A stretch of DNA of 64,000 bases, taken from assembly GCA_035943095.1 (NCBI GenBank), contig DASZCN010000114.1, positions 49,170 through 113,169 of the forward strand. Direction: 5' to 3'. Below, one piece after another: positions 53,176 to 59,789 of the stretch. Both the position numbers and the translations under genes were made by a program. Origin of the DNA: Gemmatimonadales bacterium. Lineage in GTDB: Bacteria; Gemmatimonadota; Gemmatimonadetes; Gemmatimonadales; GWC2-71-9. Each line of letters opens with the position of its first letter. The stretch's first letter is position 1. Under the pieces are notes generated by a model that was not told where the DNA came from, did no database searches, and saw only the letters and a program-made list of their open reading frames with translations.

Positions 53176-53522
53176 GCGCGGTCACTCCAGTCCACAGGAT
53201 AGGTTTTGTGGCACTTCGGACACTCCGACTCCTTCGGACGGCCGCTCAAGTGCTGGCGCGTGTGGCAGCCGGGACAGACGAAATACATGCGATGAGCCTC
53301 GTCGGCGCCCTGTGCGGGGGTGAGTCGAACCAGGCTCCAGGTCTTCGGCTGGCTGCGCCGAACGAGCAGGTGGTCACGTGTGATGCGGACGTGCACGTCG
53401 TTGACGTCGAGCAGCAACCAGCCTTCGCCCTGGTCATCCAGCACCTGGTACCACTCGCCCCGGCGCAGCCCCCGCTCCTCGGCGAACGCTCCGCTGCCGC
53501 GCGCCCACCCGATTGCGCTCAT
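53172..53522 (-). CDS. small 'WAR-RRGEWYQ' + zinc-ribbon protein, paralogue 4 (unknown function)
   Basis: 116 aa from the ATG at 53522 (TTG at 53525 is also possible). It overlaps paralogue 3 as ATGA. It has GWARG, GLRRGEWYQVL, PKTWSLV and FVCPGCHTRQH-x8-CPKCH...VDWSDRA. Confidence 0.8.
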   Translation of the reverse strand: MSAIGWARGSGAFAEERGLRRGEWYQVLDDQGEGWLLLDVNDVHVRITRDHLLVRRSQPKTWSLVRLTPAQGADEAHRMYFVCPGCHTRQHLSGRPKESECPKCHKTYPVDWSDRA

Positions 53523-53527
53523 CAACC

Positions 53528-53914
53528 CTACGCCTGTTCCTCCGTGGCTCCGTCGCGGACGAGCACCAGGATCGCCGCTTGTGGCACCACGAGGTACCTG
53601 GCGCCGTCGAAGGTGATTTCCACCGCTGCCTTACGGAAAAACAGTGCATAGTCGCCCATGCGGGCCTGCATCGGCAGATACTTCACGTCGGGCCCGCGAA
53701 TCTTCCACGGCTCGTCGTCCATGCTAGCGGGCTCGGTCGTCGGGGTGCCCGGGCCCGTTGCGACGACGCGGCCACCCTGCACCTGCCGCGCCTCCACTGC
53801 GGTCGGCGGCAGGTAGAGACCGACGTTCGTGCGCTCTTCCCCCTCCTCGGGGGCGATCAGCACACGGTCGCCCACGACGATCAGCCGTTTGGGCGAAGAA
53901 GGCTCATCCGGCAT
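53528..53914 (-). CDS. GroES/Cpn10-like protein (orphan, no groEL adjacent)
   Basis: ATG at 53914 inside track ORF 53528-54028; 128 aa. GDRVLIAPEEGEERTNVGLYLP...GGRVVATGPG...MGDYALF...LVVPQAAILVLV parallels GroES (DRVIVK...GGIVL...GEVLAVG...GD.V.F...ILAIV). Confidence 0.65.
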   Translation of the reverse strand: MPDEPSSPKRLIVVGDRVLIAPEEGEERTNVGLYLPPTAVEARQVQGGRVVATGPGTPTTEPASMDDEPWKIRGPDVKYLPMQARMGDYALFFRKAAVEITFDGARYLVVPQAAILVLVRDGATEEQA

Positions 53915-54122
53915 GGGCACCAGTATACCACTTCGGTTCGACTGCAGGCGAGGCAGAAGGCTAGAGGAGTGGCGCAGTTCGGTCGTTTTGGCGGCTCCTT
54001 CGGGGATGGTGATGTAGATCACGCTCACAGGCGGAGCAGCACCTTAATAATGCGCCCCTGCCGCGGAGCTACCGCGGCCGCCCCATCCGCGTTCCCCCCC
54101 TTTTGGGAAGGGACTAAAGACA

Positions 54123-55352
54123 ATGCAAAGCCCGCTGCCCGCAGCCCAGACCGAACAGTGGAGCTGGATCCTCCAGACGGTATGGGGTTGGATCTGGGGT
54201 GGCCTCTCCTGGATTCTCGTCTGGGAGTCGTTCCTCTTTCGGTTCGTGCTTACGGGCAGCTCGTTCTGGGAGGAGTTCTTCAAGTTCCTCTTCCTGTTCT
54301 TCCCCACGACGGTGCTGGTGGCGGGTGTGTGGGGGACGATGGTCTCGCTCTATACGATCCCGTTCCGTTCGGGGCGCGGGCGCTTCCTTGCGGCGCTGCT
54401 CATGTCGTGGTGGGACGTGGCGCGCATGGCGTGGTTCTATTGGTTCGGCCTCGTGCGATTCCTGGTCGTGTTTATCGGCTCGGTCTGGGGTCTGCTCCGG
54501 CTCGCCCTCAACATGATCTGGCGAACGCTTAAGAACGTGGTCACGTCGCCGTTCGCCATGCTCGATTCGACTTCACGGGAGGGGGGAGTTCCCTGGATCG
54601 CGTTCGTGCTCCTCGTGTTCTGGTCCGCGATCGAGGCCACGATCTTCACGTTCACGCTGCGGCCAACCATGGCCGAGCTCCTGGCGGACCTGACGGGGTA
54701 CGCGGTCAACCCGTTGGCGCTCGTCGTGCTCCTGTGGTTCTTCCTATTCATCATCATTGGCGGCAGCTTCGCGTGCATCCAGGTGCTGAACGAGGCGATC
54801 CGCACCCGTGCCATCGGGCAGATCGTGTCAATGGTCCTCGTCGAAGTCACGGTAGCCCTGTTCGAGGTGTTGTTTCTGTACCGCGAGCTGATCGACGCGA
54901 TCACTCCCTGGCTCGCCCAGCAAGGATTTCAGCTCGGCATCGGTGGGACTCTGGGGTTGGCCTTCCTCGGCTGGGTGGGTGTGCGCGGCATGACCTGGTT
55001 CCTGTTCGGGCGCTTCGGTACGCCGGCCCTCCTCTCGGTCCTCGGGCGCAAGGCGATGGAAGGCATCGGGGGGGGGGCCCCACTTGCCGCCGATGCCGGG
55101 GCCGACGCGGAGCTTTGGCGCGGGCCCATCAACGCGCTTAAGGCGGAGCACGAATGGTTCAAGAAGGAGGCGCAACACTTGGTGGAGCTGCTTACGCTGC
55201 CCGTGCTCCAGCTGCTCGCTGCCGGCTTCAATTTCGGCGTGGTCGCGATCCTCGGTAAGCCGCACTTCACGCTGCCGTTCCGGTCCCTCGATCAGGTGCT
55301 CGCGAGCACGCCGTTCGTCAGCACCAAGAGTGGCGAGGAGCGGACCGTATGA
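54123..55352 (+). CDS. polytopic integral membrane protein, Trp/Phe-rich, ~8 TM (hypothetical)
   Basis: 409 aa with roughly eight hydrophobic segments (for example WSWILQTVWGWIWGGLSWILVW). No family was recognised. It contains a G10 homopolymer at 55068-55077. Confidence 0.7.
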   Translation: MQSPLPAAQTEQWSWILQTVWGWIWGGLSWILVWESFLFRFVLTGSSFWEEFFKFLFLFFPTTVLVAGVWGTMVSLYTIPFRSGRGRFLAALLMSWWDVARMAWFYWFGLVRFLVVFIGSVWGLLRLALNMIWRTLKNVVTSPFAMLDSTSREGGVPWIAFVLLVFWSAIEATIFTFTLRPTMAELLADLTGYAVNPLALVVLLWFFLFIIIGGSFACIQVLNEAIRTRAIGQIVSMVLVEVTVALFEVLFLYRELIDAITPWLAQQGFQLGIGGTLGLAFLGWVGVRGMTWFLFGRFGTPALLSVLGRKAMEGIGGGAPLAADAGADAELWRGPINALKAEHEWFKKEAQHLVELLTLPVLQLLAAGFNFGVVAILGKPHFTLPFRSLDQVLASTPFVSTKSGEERTV

Positions 55353-56098
55353 CGCGCCGAATCGCGGCGATGGTGTGCGCGCTGAGTCTCATCGCCTGCG
55401 CGCCATCGGAGCGCGCCGGCCCGCCCCGCTCGACCCTGGTCATCGGCCTCGACATCAGCGGCTCGTTCCGCCGTAACCCGGCGTTCGCTGGAGCGATCGA
55501 CTTCGCGGCGATTTACATCTACGGTCACTTGAACGGCGTCGGAGGCCTCCCGCAGAACACGGCCATCTTCGTGGGCGAATTGGGGGGCGAACGGCCGGGC
55601 CAGGCCAAGGTGTTCCACCCCATTCAGGACCTCACCGGCCTTTCACCCGAGCAGATCGCCGCCAACCTCCGGGCGTGGTTCCCGCAGGAAGACCCGATCA
55701 CCGACTTCAATGCGTTCTTCCAGCGGGCGGCCACGCACGTCCGGCGCAATAACCTCGCCCTCGCGCCTTTGAACGTCGTCCTATTTTCGGACGGCGAGCC
55801 GGACTACCCCGGCCACATCACGGGCGACCAGAAATACACCAGCATCGACCTGAGCCCGCTCGAATACCTGGCGCGCAACGTCACCGTGCGGCTCCTCTAC
55901 GCCTCCCCACCCATCGCCCAGCTGTGGGAGAAGAAGGTCCCGCGCAAGCGCGTGCGGCTCTGGACCCAGGACGCGGACGTCATGCGTGGTTGGCGGCGAC
56001 ACGTGGTCGAGGGCCTGCCGATGGCGAAGCAGGATTCCCTGTGGTCGTGGGTGCAGAACGTGGTGGACATGCGGGTGGCGCGCGAACGGGTGCTCTAA
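55349..56098 (+). CDS. vWA-domain lipoprotein (hypothetical)
   Basis: 249 aa, coupled by ATGA. The lipobox is LSLIAC. MIDAS-like elements are LVIGLDISGSF, ITDFNAF and VVLFSDGEPD. Confidence 0.7.
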   Translation: MTRRIAAMVCALSLIACAPSERAGPPRSTLVIGLDISGSFRRNPAFAGAIDFAAIYIYGHLNGVGGLPQNTAIFVGELGGERPGQAKVFHPIQDLTGLSPEQIAANLRAWFPQEDPITDFNAFFQRAATHVRRNNLALAPLNVVLFSDGEPDYPGHITGDQKYTSIDLSPLEYLARNVTVRLLYASPPIAQLWEKKVPRKRVRLWTQDADVMRGWRRHVVEGLPMAKQDSLWSWVQNVVDMRVARERVL

Positions 56099-56107
56099 AA
56101 ACAAACA

Positions 56108-56217
56108 GGTTTGGGGAGGTTGTGGAGGTTGGTGGAGGCTAGGGGAGGTTGATCGCGGGCGGAACAGCCTCCCCCGTCCTTCACCAACCTCCCAAACCTC
56201 CTCCAACCTCGCCTAGC
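56108..56217. repeat. GGAGGTTGG/CCAACCTCC palindromic element (probable bidirectional terminator)
   Basis: The G-rich arm is ggtttggggaggttgtggaggttggtggaggctaggggaggttg. A spacer follows. The C-rich arm is agcctcccccgtccttcaccaacctcccaaacctcctccaacctcgcctagcc. The element fills the convergent gap between the vWA and bacilliredoxin genes. Confidence 0.75.
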
Positions 56218-56650
56218 CGCAGTAGCGGTCAAATGCCGTCGTCAAGTCCGCCGCAATGTCCCGGGCGTCCCGGCCCTCGATATTCTTCCGCTCCAGCATG
56301 AACACGAGCTCGCCGTCCTTGAACAGCGCCATCTGAGGCGACGACGGAGCGTATCCTGTGAAATAGCTTCGCGCGCGGGCGGTCGCGTCGGCGTCCTGTC
56401 CGGCGAACACGGTCAGCAGGCGATCGGGCCGGCGCGCGTGCTCGAGGGCGAGCGTGGCCGCCGGTCGGGCATTGCGCGCCGCGCACCCGCACACCGAGTT
56501 CACCACGACGAGCGTCACCTCCTGGCTCACCCCAAGCGCGGCATCGACCTCCGCCGGGGTGCGGAGCTCCTGGAAGCCGATCCGAGTCAGCTCCTCACGC
56601 ATCGGTTGGACGAGACGCGGGTCATATAACGGCACGTTGATACCGGCCAT
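56213..56650 (-). CDS. bacilliredoxin (BrxA/BrxB, YphP/YqiW, DUF1094) family protein
   Basis: 145 aa with the thioredoxin-like CGC active site in VVNSVCGCAARNARPA. Length and layout are typical of the family. Confidence 0.8.
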   Translation of the reverse strand: MAGINVPLYDPRLVQPMREELTRIGFQELRTPAEVDAALGVSQEVTLVVVNSVCGCAARNARPAATLALEHARRPDRLLTVFAGQDADATARARSYFTGYAPSSPQMALFKDGELVFMLERKNIEGRDARDIAADLTTAFDRYCG

Positions 56651-56710
56651 CTAGTCCTCATGCGAAAGTAGTCTTCGCAATATATACTGGCGCGACGGGG
56701 GCGAGCCGCG

Positions 56711-57379
56711 ATGCGCGTACTGATCGTCGAAGACGACGCCGAGCTGGCGGGGTTGTTACGGGATGGGCTGCGGGCCGAGCGCGTGGACCCGACGCTGGCT
56801 GGGACGTGGGCGGAGGGTCTCGAGCGTGCCGGCCTCGCGAGCTTCGACGTGATCGTGCTGGATGTCCGCCTCCCGGGTGGCGACGGCTTCGCGCTCTGTG
56901 GGGAGCTGCGTCGTCGCGGCGTCACCACACCGGTGCTCATGTTGACGGCGCTCGACGCCGTGGACGATCGCGTGCGGGGGCTCGAGGTCGGCGCGGACGA
57001 CTACGTCACGAAGCCGTTCGCCTTCCGGGAGTTGGTTGCCCGGCTGAAGGCCCTGGCACGGCGGCGGCCCGCCCTGGCGCCGGCGGTGTACCGCACTGCG
57101 GATCTGGAGGTCGATCTCGTGGCGCGGCACGTTCGTCGCGGAGGACGGGAGCTCAGTCTCTCCGCCAAGGAATTCGCCCTGCTCGAGCTATTTGTCAGCC
57201 ATCCGGGGCAGGTTCTCGACCGCGCGACCATCACCGCCCACGTCTGGGACGACAATCACGATCCCTTCGCTAACCTGCTGGAGGTCCTGGTGCGACGGCT
57301 GCGGCGGAAGGTCGACGATGGGTTCGAGCCAAAGTTGATCACGACGCTTCGCGGCGCCGGCTATCGGTTCGGCGCGTGA
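56711..57379 (+). CDS. OmpR-family response regulator
   Basis: 222 aa with a receiver domain (VIVLDVRLPGGDG, DDYVTKPF) and a winged-helix domain (LSAKEFALLELF, TLRGAGYRF). Confidence 0.93.
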   Translation: MRVLIVEDDAELAGLLRDGLRAERVDPTLAGTWAEGLERAGLASFDVIVLDVRLPGGDGFALCGELRRRGVTTPVLMLTALDAVDDRVRGLEVGADDYVTKPFAFRELVARLKALARRRPALAPAVYRTADLEVDLVARHVRRGGRELSLSAKEFALLELFVSHPGQVLDRATITAHVWDDNHDPFANLLEVLVRRLRRKVDDGFEPKLITTLRGAGYRFGA

Positions 57380-58671
57380 CGCGGGCCATGACGGATCCGC
57401 TGGCCCGCGTCCGGTGGCGGTTAACTGTCTGGTACGTCGGCATCCTTCTCTCGATCCTCGGCATCCTGGGCGGCGGCCTGTATCTCGCCGTCAGGCATCG
57501 GTTCTCCCAGCAGCTCGACGCTTCGCTCCGCTCCGCGACCGCGGCGCTCATTCACGCGGCCCGGATTCGCGAGGCCGAGCAGGCGGCGGCTAAAGGTGTG
57601 GTGGCGGACGCGGTCGACGAGCTGCACATCCCGGACCGGTCGCTCTACCTCTTCGCGGCGGGCGCCGCACCCGTTCGGCCCAGTGCCGCTCCCGAATGGA
57701 TCCGGGACGCCGCTCGGGAGGCGGAGCGGACCGGCCACGCCGATCGGGACTTCGAGACTCCCGAGGACCGCATCGTACGGCTGCATGCCGAGCGGTTCAC
57801 GGGTGCCGATGGCCGTCCGTACGTAGGCGTTGCCGTGGCAGACCGCCTGGAGCTCGAGGACGAGTACGCGTCCCTGATCCGGGCGTTCGTGGCGGCGGCC
57901 CTGATCGCCGTCGTACTGGTGGCGGGTGGCGCCTACGTGCTCGTACGCCAGGCGATGGCACCGATCGAGCGCACGATGGACCGGATGCGGCGCTTCATGG
58001 CGGACGCGGCCCACGAGCTGCGCACCCCCGTCACCATTCTGCGCACCCGCGCCGACCTCGCGGCGGGGCAAGCACGGGATCCGGCTCGGGATGCCGCGAC
58101 GCTCGCCGCCATCGAACGAGAGGCCGCACGGGTCGGCGCAATCGTGGGCGAATTGCTGACCCTGGCGCGCGCGGACGCAGGCGAACGCCCGGTGGCCCGG
58201 GAGACCCTGTATCTCGACGACGCGGCGGCTGGGGCTGTCGAAGGGATACGCGCCTTGGCTGCGCAGAAGGGCGTACATCTCGAGGTCGGCGCCTTCGAGG
58301 AGGCGAAGATCGCCGGTGACCCGGTCCTCATCCGGCAGCTGCTCCTCATCGTGTTGGACAACGCCGTGAAGTTCACGCCGCGCGGCGGCCGCGTGGACGT
58401 CGCCGTCACCGCGCGCGACGGGGGGGGGGCAGCCGGAGAGGGGGCCACGCTCGTGGTGCACGACACGGGTATCGGAATCCCCGCCGACCAGCTGCCCCAC
58501 GTGTTCGACCGGTTTTACCGCGGCGATCCGGCGCGCCACGAAGCCGAGGGTGCGGGCCTCGGTCTCGCCATCGCCCGGTGGATCGCCGACACGCACGGTG
58601 CGCGGATCGTCATCGACTCGCAACCGGGAACGGGCACGCGGGTCACGCTGACCTTCCCCAGCACCGTCTAG
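57376..58671 (+). CDS. sensor histidine kinase (CusS/CzcS-like architecture)
   Basis: 431 aa, coupled by GTGA. It has two TM helices, the H-box DAAHELRTP, DNAVKFTP, HDTGIGIP and GAGLGLAI. It contains a G10 run at 58420-58429. Confidence 0.92.
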   Translation: MTRAMTDPLARVRWRLTVWYVGILLSILGILGGGLYLAVRHRFSQQLDASLRSATAALIHAARIREAEQAAAKGVVADAVDELHIPDRSLYLFAAGAAPVRPSAAPEWIRDAAREAERTGHADRDFETPEDRIVRLHAERFTGADGRPYVGVAVADRLELEDEYASLIRAFVAAALIAVVLVAGGAYVLVRQAMAPIERTMDRMRRFMADAAHELRTPVTILRTRADLAAGQARDPARDAATLAAIEREAARVGAIVGELLTLARADAGERPVARETLYLDDAAAGAVEGIRALAAQKGVHLEVGAFEEAKIAGDPVLIRQLLLIVLDNAVKFTPRGGRVDVAVTARDGGGAAGEGATLVVHDTGIGIPADQLPHVFDRFYRGDPARHEAEGAGLGLAIARWIADTHGARIVIDSQPGTGTRVTLTFPSTV

Positions 58672-58740
58672 CCGGACGACGGTGTACTATTCGCCCGGCC
58701 ATTGAAATACGTCACCGTCACAGTTCGCAACGGAGCCATT

Positions 58741-59766
58741 GTGAACCACACTCGGCGCCTGCTCACGTCGATCCTTTGCCTGGCATTCGGCCTCCCCTTC
58801 CCCGCCCCGGCGCAGTCCTATCACGTCGCCCATACCTACAAGCTCCCGGGTGACGGCGGGTGGGACTACCTCGCGCTGGACACCGTGGGGCATCGGCTGT
58901 TCATCGCGCACCAGGACCGGGTGATCGTGGTGGACCCGGGGACCGGGAAACAGCTCGGCGAGATCCTGGGACTGAACCGCGCGCATGGAATTGCGTTCGC
59001 GTATGAGGCGCAGCACGGCTTTGCGACGTCGGGCGCGGACAGCACGGTCACGATGTTCGACCTGAAGACGCTGCACGTCCGACGTCACACCATCGTCGCC
59101 CCGGACGACGACGCGATCCTGTTCGACCCGGCCACGAAACGGATCTTCACATTCAACGGTGACGCGCACTCCGCGACCGCGATCGACGCGGTCTCGGGTA
59201 AGCGAATCGGCGACATCGACCTCGGCGCCGGGCCCGAGTTCGCCGTGTCTACAGGCGACGGCAAGCTCTACGTGAACCTCGAGGATAAGAGCGCCGTGGC
59301 TGAGATCGACGCCGCCGCCCTGCGCGTGACGCGTCAGTGGCCCCTCGCGCCATGCGAGAATCCGAGCGGACTGGCGATCGACCGGGAACACCACCGGCTG
59401 TTCAGCGGCTGCCGGAACCAGGTCATGGCGATCTCGGATGCGACCGCGGGTGCCCTCGTGACGACACTGCCGATCGGTCAGGGAGTGGACGCCTGTCGCT
59501 TCGATCCCGCCACGCAGCTGGCGTTCGCCTCGAACGGTGATGGGACCCTCACGGTGATTCACGAGGAGTCCCCGGCAACGTTCGTCGTGGTGGGGAACGT
59601 CGCGACGAAGCGCGGCGCGCGGACCATGGAGGTCGACCCGCAGACGCACCGCGTGTACACCGTCACGGCTGACTTCGGCCCGCCACCCGCTCCGACGCCG
59701 GAGCGGCCCCGCCCCCGGCCCAGCATCATGCCGGGGACGTTCGCCCTGCTCGTCCTCGAGCCGTGA
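58741..59766 (+). CDS. YncE-like (YVTN-type) beta-propeller secreted protein
   Basis: The track ORF begins at 58702 (TTG). GTG at 58741 gives the signal peptide VNHTRRLLTSILCLAFGLPFPAPAQS. Propeller blades repeat (LFIAHQDRVIVVD, KLYVNLEDKS, HRLFSGCRNQ, RVYTVTADF). Confidence 0.75.
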   Translation: MNHTRRLLTSILCLAFGLPFPAPAQSYHVAHTYKLPGDGGWDYLALDTVGHRLFIAHQDRVIVVDPGTGKQLGEILGLNRAHGIAFAYEAQHGFATSGADSTVTMFDLKTLHVRRHTIVAPDDDAILFDPATKRIFTFNGDAHSATAIDAVSGKRIGDIDLGAGPEFAVSTGDGKLYVNLEDKSAVAEIDAAALRVTRQWPLAPCENPSGLAIDREHHRLFSGCRNQVMAISDATAGALVTTLPIGQGVDACRFDPATQLAFASNGDGTLTVIHEESPATFVVVGNVATKRGARTMEVDPQTHRVYTVTADFGPPPAPTPERPRPRPSIMPGTFALLVLEP

Positions 59767-59789
59767 GGCGGTCTCCGAGCTCGGTCCGC

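Noticed and set aside
56650-56711. AT-rich patch gcaatatatactgg as a promoter for the response regulator or bacilliredoxin
   Set aside because: A TATACT -10-like hexamer is present, but I found no convincing -35 element at 16-18 nt on either strand. The evidence is too weak to list as a feature.
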